Shown here: piece after piece, positions 9,983-19,338 of the stretch
Layout: each line of letters starts with the position of its first letter
Numbering within the stretch: the stretch's first letter is position 1
NCBI GenBank assembly: GCA_014240375.1
Contig: JAAZXB010000006.1
Span: 45,592 to 109,591 of the forward strand
Direction of reading: 5' to 3'
From: Planctomycetota bacterium
GTDB taxonomy: Bacteria; Planctomycetota; UBA8108; UBA1146
DNA: 64,000 nucleotides
Notes under the pieces: generated by a model
The model's input: only the letters and a program-made list of their open reading frames with translations
The model's database searches: none
What the model was told of the DNA's origin: nothing
Position numbers and translations under genes: made by a program

Positions 9983-10799
9983 CGAAGTCCTCTTCCACGG
10001 GGCCGCGAGCGCGACGTAGAGGCTTTCTTGATCGAGGAGGGACCAGCTCTTTCTCGTGCTCCTCTTCCTCTTCCTCTTCCTCCTCGGAAGGCTGGAAGTG
10101 AGTACCGTGGAGAAGAACTCGTTCATCGAGGAAGTGCATCTGATCTGCGGCATGGAACAACTCCGAGGATGTCGTTTCTCGGAAAGATGCAACTTCGACT
10201 CTCACACCCTCCATCGCAAGCCGGTCGACCAGGGGCACGAAATCCCCGTCGCCAGTGACAAGAATTGCGACGTCGATCTTTGAGGAGAGAGAGAGCACAT
10301 CGAGTGTGATTCCGATGTTCCAGTCGCCTCGATTGGTGGAGTCATTTCTCTCACCAACGATTCTCTTTCTCACTTCATATCCGTTACGGCGCAGGACTTC
10401 GATGAACTTATCCTGGTTCATTCCCGGGCGCTCAACAATATATGCCATCGCCCTGGCCAGCACTCGGCCTCTTAACAGGTGACGCAGCAACTTGGAGAAC
10501 TCAAGCTTGGACTGGAAGATATTTCTTGCGGCATAGTACATGTTTTGAACATCGACAAAGATAGCAACACGCTGGTGGGGCGATAACTCATGACCATCGA
10601 TCGAGATCAGGTGTCGATCTTTTTTCTCGCCAGCACTTCCCTGTTGCAACTTCTGGAAGGCATCCAGCCCTCTTTTCATCTCACGGTTGTGCTTTTCACG
10701 CTCTTCGATCAGTTGCGATTCGAGGCGTTCGATTTGTTGCTGAAGTTCTGAAAAATCATCGCCGTTTCCGGCGTGCTCGTCTGAAGATTTTGAGTTCAT
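9960..10799 (-). CDS. NYN (LabA/DUF88) domain protein
   Basis: VAIFVDVQNMYY, GDWNIGITLD, VTGDGDFVPLV; N-terminal coiled coil and acidic tail. Confidence 0.88.
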   Translation of the reverse strand: MNSKSSDEHAGNGDDFSELQQQIERLESQLIEEREKHNREMKRGLDAFQKLQQGSAGEKKDRHLISIDGHELSPHQRVAIFVDVQNMYYAARNIFQSKLEFSKLLRHLLRGRVLARAMAYIVERPGMNQDKFIEVLRRNGYEVRKRIVGERNDSTNRGDWNIGITLDVLSLSSKIDVAILVTGDGDFVPLVDRLAMEGVRVEVASFRETTSSELFHAADQMHFLDERVLLHGTHFQPSEEEEEEEEEHEKELVPPRSRKPLRRARGPVEEDFDDEDDED

Positions 10800-11746
10800 A
10801 AGTCCTCCTTACGGGAGTGTACGGGGATTCCATCGAGGTAACACCGATTCAATTGATGCAATGCTCTGAATCCAGCCACTGCTTTTCTCATATCTGGTGA
10901 CTGGAGACCTTCAGTTTCGACCACAGCCTCCGCCAATCCTCCTGGATCGAGGAAAATTTGCAAGCCCTCCAACTCGGATTCCAGCCACGGTTCGCGGCAA
11001 ATCAGCGCCGGAATTCGATCATTTTCGGGACTGGCCCAGCGATCGTCAGGCACGATCTGGCTCCATAGCCTGGCGGTACTGATCGAGAGCGGTTGGAACC
11101 AGCCTGACTTGCCCGGATGAGGGGCTTCGCCGGAGTTCTTCCGTCGGGGCAGCAGGGCGATATCGACCCAGCGCGGCAGAACAGGATCCGCTTCTCTCGC
11201 CGTCACGGTCAGATGGGCCACTCCCAGTTCCCTCAGCATCTCGGAGACGGCTCTACGACAGGGAACCGTGCGTCTGAATTGAAGCCGATCGAGCAGTAGC
11301 CGACAGAGTCGCTTCGAACTGTCTGGAGAGGCAAAGTCGTCGTCGAGGAGCAAGGCGAGTAAACCGAGGGCTGAATCAATTTTCTGGCCCTCTGGCTGTT
11401 CCAATGCCAGTACCAGCGTGACAGAGATCTTGATCAGGGTGCAGGACCAGTTGTGAAAACTGTTCCGATCCAGATCTCCGGCTAGATAGGTCATCAGTTG
11501 CTGCTGAACTCGATCGAGGTCGAGCGAAAGAGAGGAAATTTCAGCAGCGGAAAGCGGACTTCCTTGGATCCCGACACCCTGCCTGACCATCCACTCGAGG
11601 TGCTTCAAATCGTAGTGGAGGTCGGGGTTCTTCCCCTCGATCACGAGGGCCAAATTCCGTAGGCGAGACTGGCGATCCAGGCTTCCACCTTCAGCTCCCA
11701 GATCTCCGACAGGAGACGATTCAGAGAAGAAACGGTCTGACGACAC
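10796..11746 (-). CDS. Hypothetical protein (start uncertain, GTG 11746 or ATG 11818)
   Basis: Long ORF; stop overlaps the NYN start; no recognised motif. Confidence 0.6.
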   Translation of the reverse strand: MSSDRFFSESSPVGDLGAEGGSLDRQSRLRNLALVIEGKNPDLHYDLKHLEWMVRQGVGIQGSPLSAAEISSLSLDLDRVQQQLMTYLAGDLDRNSFHNWSCTLIKISVTLVLALEQPEGQKIDSALGLLALLLDDDFASPDSSKRLCRLLLDRLQFRRTVPCRRAVSEMLRELGVAHLTVTAREADPVLPRWVDIALLPRRKNSGEAPHPGKSGWFQPLSISTARLWSQIVPDDRWASPENDRIPALICREPWLESELEGLQIFLDPGGLAEAVVETEGLQSPDMRKAVAGFRALHQLNRCYLDGIPVHSRKEDL

Positions 11747-11992
11747 CTGAAATCTGCCCTTCTTGCAATTCTGCGCACGGAGAACCACCGGAAGCCAGAT
11801 GATATAGAAGTGACCCATTTCGTCCAGAGTAGAAGTGCAATATGAACTGTAATTCGCTCATCTCTTCGGTATGGAATATGTGGAAATTGCCGATGAAATG
11901 GCGGATATTGACGATTAAGAGGCTTCGTGGTCCGAATAACGGTTCAGGATCGGAGTCTCTGCCACACTTATTGAAGAAATGGACGGCCATCC

Positions 11993-12592
11993 ATGAAGAG
12001 TTCCAAAGCGACGACTCCCCGGCGAGTGAAGAAACAACAATCTCGATCCGCTGCCAAGAAAATCGCCAAGAAAAAAGTCTCGTCGAGTCGACCCCATTAC
12101 TCGGAAGCATTCCGACGCAAGGTGGTCCAATTCTCGGTAACAAACGGGATCGTCACCGCGGCAGAAAAATTTGCAGTCTCGACTCCAAGCGTGACCAACT
12201 GGCGCAAACTTTATGGAGTTTCTCGAGAGACGAAAGTTGCGGCGATCGGGGGGAGACGGGTGAAGATTGCAAAAAAACCACTGCCGAAAAGCCAACGAGT
12301 TGCTACGGGACGAAAGTTCTCCCCAACCTTCAGAAAAGAAGTCGCAGAGTTCTCGATCAGTGAGGGAGTCGCGAGGACTGCAGACAGGTTCGGGGTGAGC
12401 ACTCCCAGTGTGACCAACTGGCGAAGAGAGTTTGGAATCACTCGCCAAAGTCGTCAGAAGTGGCTCAAGGAGAATTCGAAGAATGGCGTCCAGCGCAGGG
12501 GAACACCAAGCCGACGTGAACTCGAGGCGTTACAGAAGAAGTTGGGTACTCTCCACGAGCAGGTCAAAGGTTGGCTGGATCAGCAGAGTTGA
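11993..12592 (+). CDS. Basic DNA-binding protein with two transposase-like HTH repeats
   Basis: YSEAFRRKVV...VSTPSVTNWRK and FSPTFRKEVA...VSTPSVTNWRR; Lys/Ala-rich N-terminus; C-terminal coiled coil. Confidence 0.75.
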   Translation: MKSSKATTPRRVKKQQSRSAAKKIAKKKVSSSRPHYSEAFRRKVVQFSVTNGIVTAAEKFAVSTPSVTNWRKLYGVSRETKVAAIGGRRVKIAKKPLPKSQRVATGRKFSPTFRKEVAEFSISEGVARTADRFGVSTPSVTNWRREFGITRQSRQKWLKENSKNGVQRRGTPSRRELEALQKKLGTLHEQVKGWLDQQS

Positions 12593-12689
12593 AGGACCAG
12601 TGGCGGATCGAGGATTCCGACTGATCCAGGGACAGAAGAGTAGATTCGAGTCGTGAAGTTGATTACCCCATCGACCCAAGGGAGTTAGA

Positions 12690-13676
12690 ATGCCGCGTGA
12701 TGGCCACGGAAGAATCATCGATTACCTCCGCATATCGGTGATGGACCGTTGCAATCTTCGCTGCTCCTACTGCATGCCATTGGAAGGCCTCAGGTTCGTT
12801 CCTGATGAGGACCTGCTGACTGCCGATGAGATCTCTCTGGTGGCCAGAGCCGCAGTCTCTTGTGGATTCCGCAAGTTCAGGATCACCGGGGGAGAGCCGA
12901 CACTGAGGCGCGATCTGATCGAAGTGGTGGCTGGAATCCGCGCTGAGGGTCCGGATGTCGAGATCGGGATGACGACCAATGGAATCTTGCTGCCACGGAT
13001 GGCGAGAGACTTGAAGGATGCGGGACTCGATCGAGTCAATATCCACATCGATACCCTCGACGAAGTACGGATTCGCCAGGTGATGAGATTTGCCGATGTG
13101 CAGAAAATCATGACCGGAATCGAAGCTGCTGAGGATGCAGGCCTGACTCCCATCAAACTCAATTCGGTAGTGGTGCGGGGAGACAACGATACCGATGTTG
13201 TGGAACTTGCACGACAGACGCTCACTCGACCCTGGGGTGTGAGATTTATCGAGTTGATGCCAATGGGGGATGGCGATGAATCCAAGTTAGCACTCTCTCA
13301 GGTGGTTTCTTCAGAGGAAACGATGGAGAGGATCGCCGATAGTATCGGTCCCTTGATCCCATTGCCCGCGACCCACCCGTCGGATGAAAGTCGCAACTAT
13401 CAGTTCTCAGGCGGGATCGGGACCGTCGGTTTCATCAGTCCTGTCAGCGATCCCTTTTGCTCCGCATGCAATCGCGTTCGGCTCTCTGCTGAGGGCAAAT
13501 TGTTACTGTGCCTGCTGAGAGATGACGAGGCTGATCTCAGGGCCGTAATCCGAGGAGGAGGAGGGGTCGAGGCGGTAAGCCATGCTCTTCGACAATCGAT
13601 CCTGCTCAAGCCGGTCGGGCATGCCCTCGATGAAGGAATTCACGCAAGCCGTCGAATGCATGAGATCGGTGGATAG
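12690..13676 (+). CDS. moaA: GTP 3',8-cyclase
   Basis: YLRISVMDRCNLRCSYC, FCSACNRVRL, LLLCL, C-terminal IGG. Confidence 0.96.
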   Translation: MPRDGHGRIIDYLRISVMDRCNLRCSYCMPLEGLRFVPDEDLLTADEISLVARAAVSCGFRKFRITGGEPTLRRDLIEVVAGIRAEGPDVEIGMTTNGILLPRMARDLKDAGLDRVNIHIDTLDEVRIRQVMRFADVQKIMTGIEAAEDAGLTPIKLNSVVVRGDNDTDVVELARQTLTRPWGVRFIELMPMGDGDESKLALSQVVSSEETMERIADSIGPLIPLPATHPSDESRNYQFSGGIGTVGFISPVSDPFCSACNRVRLSAEGKLLLCLLRDDEADLRAVIRGGGGVEAVSHALRQSILLKPVGHALDEGIHASRRMHEIGG

Positions 13677-14187
13677 GCTAGCTCGCCTCATCTTGCGTCT
13701 GGGAGTAGCGCTGGGAATCGTCCTGTTGATGGTGTCGGTGCTCTTCTTTGCTGGCTCCTCCAGCCCTCAGGAGCAGCTGGTCCAAGCCATTTTGGAGATG
13801 AGAGACGGTTTCAATTCCCAATATGCAGGAGATGTACTCCGTCACTGCTCGGAGGATTTTAAAGAATCTGAATACTCGCTCGATAAGAGTTCGTTTCGGG
13901 TAGCACTGGTGAGAATCTTCTTGAAGGAGCGCGATCGGAAGGATCGGTCCTTTCTTTGGCACGCATCGATTCTCGAGGAGCAGGTGGTGGTGCAATTCGA
14001 TGGTCCCGAGGAGCAAGCCACTTCCGCTACTGTGCTGGCTCCAGTGGAGTTTGATCGTCGCAATAAACCCGCCGCTAAACCGGTATGGGTTCTCGAGATC
14101 CGGGGGCAAGCCGCGCGACAGGTGGGGGGGGGCTGGAAATTTACCAGTGCACGTTTCAAGACACTTTCGGGACGTCGGCCCTTCTGA
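13660..14187 (+). CDS. Membrane-anchored hypothetical protein, possible NTF2-like fold
   Basis: One N-terminal TM helix, then an alpha/beta pattern ending GGGWKFTSA; overlaps the moaA stop. Confidence 0.55.
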   Translation: MRSVDRLARLILRLGVALGIVLLMVSVLFFAGSSSPQEQLVQAILEMRDGFNSQYAGDVLRHCSEDFKESEYSLDKSSFRVALVRIFLKERDRKDRSFLWHASILEEQVVVQFDGPEEQATSATVLAPVEFDRRNKPAAKPVWVLEIRGQAARQVGGGWKFTSARFKTLSGRRPF

Positions 14188-14190
14188 TCG

Positions 14191-15135
14191 TCAACTGACA
14201 TCACGGCGGGCGAAAAGGGCGACCCCGAGGCATAGTACCGAACAGAGAGTCACTCCCGCCCACAGGCTCGCCCAGGCCACCGTCGAAGTGGACAACTGTC
14301 CCCCGCGAATCAAACCGTCAGAGACCCACAAGCGCTGCAGGTCAGGAACCCAGCGGGCCCAGCCAGAGCCCCTCAAGAGAGAACCGACCACCACACTCGA
14401 GAACAGGGTCGCCAATGACAGAGCGATGGTCGCAGGCGTCGGTAGTCGAGTGGAAGCGGTCAAAGCCACCGCAGCCAGGACCAGCACTCCCTCGTGGACC
14501 AGTACCATCGCCCAGAGGATATCTGAATCGAACTCGGAGGTCGGCCAGCGGAATGAGCCGTCTGGTCCCCAGCACCACATACCGATGGCAGCGGCCACCA
14601 GTGTCACCATGCAATTGCGCGACAACACCGCCGGGAAACTGGCTCCTCTACGGTGTGCCCATGCCGCATGGAGTAGCGAGATCAGCACCGCAGCGATACT
14701 GACCCATAGAACCGGTGCCTGATCTTCGACCAGTTGGGAATGGATGGATCGATGACGGATCGCCAGTGCGAGGGTTGCCATCCACGACAGTTGTGCCATC
14801 GAGAGTGCCAGCGCGATTCCCGTGAACTTGCCGAGTAGCACCGTGGTTCGAGTGACCGGTTTGCTGAGCAGGACCATCACTGTTTTGCGACGAATCTCGT
14901 CTCCAAGACTGGACGCTGCGGTGAAGGCACCCAGGAACAGGCCGCAGGCAAGCATCGTGCTGAGAGAGATGTCGACCAGCAGCAAATCCTCATCGCCGAG
15001 GGCAAAAGCACTCAGCAGTGGTGAAATTCCGACCAATCCGATTCCGACCAGCAGCATCGCTGCGTGAAAGGAGGGGCGAAGCCCTTCTCGAAATGCCGCC
15101 AGAGAGATTCGCCACCAGGCGGATACGGTATCCAG
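14191..15135 (-). CDS. ABC-2 type permease
   Basis: EIRRKTVMVLLSKPVTR..VLLGKFTG; C-terminal FARRDVS; N-terminus extended to CTG 15135 (WRISLAAFREGLR) behind GAGGAG. Confidence 0.85.
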   Translation of the reverse strand: MDTVSAWWRISLAAFREGLRPSFHAAMLLVGIGLVGISPLLSAFALGDEDLLLVDISLSTMLACGLFLGAFTAASSLGDEIRRKTVMVLLSKPVTRTTVLLGKFTGIALALSMAQLSWMATLALAIRHRSIHSQLVEDQAPVLWVSIAAVLISLLHAAWAHRRGASFPAVLSRNCMVTLVAAAIGMWCWGPDGSFRWPTSEFDSDILWAMVLVHEGVLVLAAVALTASTRLPTPATIALSLATLFSSVVVGSLLRGSGWARWVPDLQRLWVSDGLIRGGQLSTSTVAWASLWAGVTLCSVLCLGVALFARRDVS

Positions 15136-15251
15136 GCTGCCTCCTCTTCACTGGTGCATCTTGACGGTTGGATGTTTGGATTGCACTCTCCCGGACATCC
15201 AGGCTTGTGAGTATACTCTCAAACCAGCAGCCCAGGGAAAGAGGAGTGAAG

Positions 15252-16208
15252 ATGACCGCCATCGAGGAGTCGAAAATTCGACAAGAAGTGGAAGTGATCC
15301 GGGTACGAGGACTGCGCAAGGTCTTCCGTGATTTTTGGCTGCGACCGCGGGTCGAGGCTCTTCGTGAGGTGGACCTGACCATCTATTCAGGCGAGGTCTT
15401 TGGACTGCTGGGCCCCAACGGATCGGGGAAGTCGACCACCATCCAGATCTTGCTCGGGTTGCTCTTTCCCAGTAAAGGAGAGGTCTCGGTGCTGGGAAAG
15501 CCACCAGGAACCGCAGAGATCAAGAATCGAATCGGATACCTACCCGAGGATTCGGTCTTCTATCCCTTTCTCACGGGCTGGGAGATGCTGGATCTCTCGG
15601 CGAGCCTTGCCAAGGTTCCCCATTCTCAACGCAAGGGACGGATTGGAGACCTGCTGGAGATGGTCGGGCTCCAAGGTGCAGGAGACCGAGAGATCGGGGA
15701 TTACTCCAAGGGGATGCAGCGGCGGATTGGAATCGCTCAGGCATTGATCCATGATCCGGAGATCTTGATCCTGGACGAGCCGACCAACGGACTCGATCCA
15801 CTCGGAGTCCGGGAGATGAAGGACTGGATCGGAGAACTACGGCAGAGGGGGAAAACAATTCTCATCAGCAGTCATCTACTGGCAGATGTAGAACAGGTCT
15901 GCGATCGGGTGTCGATACTCTATGGAGGAAAAGTCCAGACGTCGGGATCGATCGAGGAGATTCTCGCTCGTGACGATCGAGCCCTGTGGGTCACATCCAA
16001 TCCGGGTGATGAAATCCTTGCCGAGGCGCGCCGCCAGATCGAGAAATCTGGGATCGAGGTCGTGTCGATGGGCCCAGGAACCAGAAGTCTCGAGGACAAG
16101 TTTCTGGAGACGGTGGAAGAGGCTCGTGAAAGTGGAGAGAAGACCACTGGAGCAGGAATCGGTGGAAAACTACCGGCATTTCTGGGGCAGTCCGAGGAAC
16201 TTCGCTGA
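15252..16208 (+). CDS. ABC transporter ATP-binding protein
   Basis: GPNGSGKST, YSKGMQRR, ILDEPT, SSHLL. Confidence 0.95.
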   Translation: MTAIEESKIRQEVEVIRVRGLRKVFRDFWLRPRVEALREVDLTIYSGEVFGLLGPNGSGKSTTIQILLGLLFPSKGEVSVLGKPPGTAEIKNRIGYLPEDSVFYPFLTGWEMLDLSASLAKVPHSQRKGRIGDLLEMVGLQGAGDREIGDYSKGMQRRIGIAQALIHDPEILILDEPTNGLDPLGVREMKDWIGELRQRGKTILISSHLLADVEQVCDRVSILYGGKVQTSGSIEEILARDDRALWVTSNPGDEILAEARRQIEKSGIEVVSMGPGTRSLEDKFLETVEEARESGEKTTGAGIGGKLPAFLGQSEELR

Positions 16209-17632
16209 TGTCATTTCTGATGGCAACTCTGGCATGGGCGGTGATGGCTCTGGCGGTCCAGTTGGCGATCCGGGCACCACTGCCGGGCGGAGCAGTGGTC
16301 GCGGTCTCCCGCACCTTGCTGGCAGAAGTATGGCGCCGAGGCGTATTGCCTGTTTGCGGAGCCATCCTGTTTCTCGGTCTGGCACTATTACCGTTGATTC
16401 TCGAGGACTCATCCGAGGAGACGTCGCAATTGCACACCCTCCTCGACTACGGACAGGTATGGATCTCCTCTGTACTGCTGCTCCTCTCGATGTGGATCAC
16501 CAGTGGAAGTCTGGCCGACGAGATCGTGACCGGCAGGATGCGTGTTCTGGTGGTCCATCGTTACGGCAAGAGCGCACTCTTGCCGGGGAAATGGTTGGGC
16601 AGTTTGTGGGCCATCCTGGCGCTACTGGTACCCGCCACAGCGATGCTCTGGATCCTCTGTGGACAGGTGGTGGAGAGTTCTACCGATCTGTTCGGTGAAC
16701 CCGCGGTGGCACTGGTGTCCCCCGATAGCATCGAGGTTACCCCTGAGGAGATCGAGAATTACATGGCACTCCAGATGCTGGAAGATCCAGCAGGCTGGGG
16801 AATGCTCGAAAGAGACGAGGCGTATCGCATTGCTCGATCGCGTCTCGATCGTTGGTCGCGTTCGCTGGTCCAGGGAGTTCCGATGGAATACCACTTTCAG
16901 TATCCCGCTGGATTGAGTGCCGGTGCAGTGCTCGAGATCAGGCCGTCGCTGGGTCGTCTTCATCGATCGGAGAGGGCCCGGATTCGCCTTCACCTGGCGG
17001 GCGATTCCAGAGAAGTGGTACTCAGAAACTCGGTCAGGAGTCAAATTGAGCTTCCGGATCCACTGGTCGGCGAGACAGATGTCGTCATCACGATGGAGTT
17101 CCTCGGAGCCGTTTCTGAAGGGATACGCATCTCTTCGTTGAACTGGAGCGGATCGGACGCTATGCAACTGAGGGTTCGAGAGGGTTCCTTGCTCTCCTCG
17201 CTGTTACGCTCCCAGTTTTTGCTGTGGATCCGCTGTGGGTTCGTCGCTGCCCTGGGGTTGATGGTGTCGACTTTCCTCGGTTTGCCGGTGGCCACTCTAC
17301 TGATGCTGTGCTTCTTCATCGCTGCGGCCGGAGGAGGATTTACCGGTGCCTTTGATGATAGTCATGGAGGGGGCCATCACGATCCTCGGGATCAGGAACC
17401 TTCCCGGATCCTCATCGATCTGCTGGCCAGTGGAGGGGAGTGGGTCGTCAGCCTCCTCGGGGATTGGAGTCGACATGTGACTGGCTCGCGCGTCGCTGCG
17501 GGAGAAAATGTCAAGGTGTCGGAGGTCTACTCCGGGCTCACCACGATTGGTCTGATCTGGGTCGGTGTTGCTCTGCTACTGGGAAGCTGGATGAATTCCC
17601 GCAAGGAGCACGGGTTGGGAGTGGACCGATGA
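16208..17632 (+). CDS. ABC-2 type permease with large extracytoplasmic domain
   Basis: SLADEIVTGRMRVLV...LLPGKWLG; several TM segments; coupled to the ATPase gene. Confidence 0.75.
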   Translation: MSFLMATLAWAVMALAVQLAIRAPLPGGAVVAVSRTLLAEVWRRGVLPVCGAILFLGLALLPLILEDSSEETSQLHTLLDYGQVWISSVLLLLSMWITSGSLADEIVTGRMRVLVVHRYGKSALLPGKWLGSLWAILALLVPATAMLWILCGQVVESSTDLFGEPAVALVSPDSIEVTPEEIENYMALQMLEDPAGWGMLERDEAYRIARSRLDRWSRSLVQGVPMEYHFQYPAGLSAGAVLEIRPSLGRLHRSERARIRLHLAGDSREVVLRNSVRSQIELPDPLVGETDVVITMEFLGAVSEGIRISSLNWSGSDAMQLRVREGSLLSSLLRSQFLLWIRCGFVAALGLMVSTFLGLPVATLLMLCFFIAAAGGGFTGAFDDSHGGGHHDPRDQEPSRILIDLLASGGEWVVSLLGDWSRHVTGSRVAAGENVKVSEVYSGLTTIGLIWVGVALLLGSWMNSRKEHGLGVDR

Positions 17633-19338
17633 TCCATCGATCCGAGGCGATTCCACTGTTGCTGTTTCTACTGCTGCTCGCTACTGCAGCAGCGATCACG
17701 ATACCGCTCGATCGTGGGCTCGAAGAGGATGGAATCTCGTTGCCCATTTCTCGTGCCACTGGTGTTCCCGCCGATGTCTTGTTGATGCAGCAAACTCTGG
17801 GTGCTTTTCGAGGGTGGGCCATCGATGCGTTGTGGCTTCGAGCACTGGAACGCCGAGAACAGGGTCGGCTCCACGAATCGATGGAACTGGCGACCTGGAT
17901 CACCAAACTACAACCGTACTTTCCCAGGGTCTGGAATTTCCAGTCGTGGTTGCTGGCCTTTGAACTTGCCCTCGACAGCAGGGATCCACAGCAACGCTGG
18001 TCCTGGGTGCTGGAGTCGGTCGACCTGCTCAGGGGACCGGGATTGAGAGCGAATCCCTTCAGCCACGAGATTCACGGCCAACTCTCTTACCTGTTCTGGT
18101 TCAAGATCGGTGAGTTCCAGGATGAATCCGCAGGGTATTACCAGCGGCGACTGTGTCAGCGTTGGCGTGATATCCTCGGCGATCCTTCCGCGAGTGAGTC
18201 CCGGCCATACCAGGAAGTTTTACAGAGGGTCGCTATAGCAGCAACGGAGGCCTCTTCCTCGACCCTACCGTGGCTACAAGATGCTCGCCTGGTCGTTGCC
18301 ATCGAGAGGGCTCTCGACGATCCCGAGCCCGTCTTGCGAGAAGGAGTCGAGATTGCGATTCCCCTCCTTCCCGCCGAACATCGGCAAGAAGTGGAGGACA
18401 TGTTGAGGCGACGCCTGCTGGAAGGCGAGTTGAACATGTCACCAGAACTGATGGAGAGACTCTCCTGGTATCTGGGCCCGGTCGATTGGCGAACTCCAGG
18501 GGCTCATGCCATTTACTGGGCAGCACAGGGGGTGCTTCGTTCCCGTCCCGGTGGACTTTCGGAATCACTCGATGACTCGAACATCGAGGCTGTCCTGGTG
18601 TCGACCAATGTTCGAATCGGGCTGCAGAAGTTGGTTCGCTATGGACGTCCTCTACTCGATGAGCAGGGATCGCTGATCACCAGTTTGCCACAACCTGGAA
18701 TCTTGCCCTCCTACGAGCGAGCTTTGGTCTGTCTCACCCAGGGGCAGGGGATTCCCGATGAATTGCTGCCCCGGATGCTGGAAATCCTCGCCGATTCGGT
18801 GGTGACAGCATGGCTCCAGGGGGAGGACCCGATGGCGATTCAATTGCTGGGTCGATATCGGGACCTCGCCGGAGGCACCACTCAGCCATCCGCTGCAGCG
18901 CTGGAGTCGCAGATCGAGACCCTGGTACTCGGCACATTGACCGAAGAGGATGGAGAACGAGAGCGAAAAGGGTTGTTGATCGGGATTCGCGGTAAATCGC
19001 TGGTCGCCGGTGGTGGTGGAGGGACCGCTCAGGAGGCGGTCAGGGGAGATCAACTGGCGGATCGTCTGGAACAGAGATGGTACGGCCGGCGTTTACCCGA
19101 TGTCCGTCGCAATTCGATTATTTCAGCACTCAGGACTCCTGAATTTTCAGCTCCGCTGTCGGTCAAGCGCAGAATCTGGGAAACTCTTGGTGCGGAAGAG
19201 AAGTTCGATCTCGATGAAACTACCCGGAGTCTGTTGAAGATCGAAGCGAATCGTTTTGGCCAGAATCCGCAAGTGGCTTTCCCCGGGATCGGCAAGCAGC
19301 GAGGCCGGGCCGGAAGCCGTACTGAAAATGAGGATTGA
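17629..19338 (+). CDS. Membrane-anchored TPR-like ABC accessory protein (planctomycete-type)
   Basis: LGAFRGWAIDALWLRA, WITKLQPYF..VWNFQSW.LAF; ATGA overlap with the permease. Confidence 0.65.
   Translation: MIHRSEAIPLLLFLLLLATAAAITIPLDRGLEEDGISLPISRATGVPADVLLMQQTLGAFRGWAIDALWLRALERREQGRLHESMELATWITKLQPYFPRVWNFQSWLLAFELALDSRDPQQRWSWVLESVDLLRGPGLRANPFSHEIHGQLSYLFWFKIGEFQDESAGYYQRRLCQRWRDILGDPSASESRPYQEVLQRVAIAATEASSSTLPWLQDARLVVAIERALDDPEPVLREGVEIAIPLLPAEHRQEVEDMLRRRLLEGELNMSPELMERLSWYLGPVDWRTPGAHAIYWAAQGVLRSRPGGLSESLDDSNIEAVLVSTNVRIGLQKLVRYGRPLLDEQGSLITSLPQPGILPSYERALVCLTQGQGIPDELLPRMLEILADSVVTAWLQGEDPMAIQLLGRYRDLAGGTTQPSAAALESQIETLVLGTLTEEDGERERKGLLIGIRGKSLVAGGGGGTAQEAVRGDQLADRLEQRWYGRRLPDVRRNSIISALRTPEFSAPLSVKRRIWETLGAEEKFDLDETTRSLLKIEANRFGQNPQVAFPGIGKQRGRAGSRTENED

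Noticed and set aside
9983-10192. N-terminal extension of queA (and similar extensions at 17440, 55644 and 61826)
   Set aside because: They overlap neighbouring real genes in another frame; downstream starts fit the motifs and RBS better
11993-12592. IS3-family insertion sequence
   Set aside because: No OrfB/DDE integrase, terminal inverted repeats or target duplication seen
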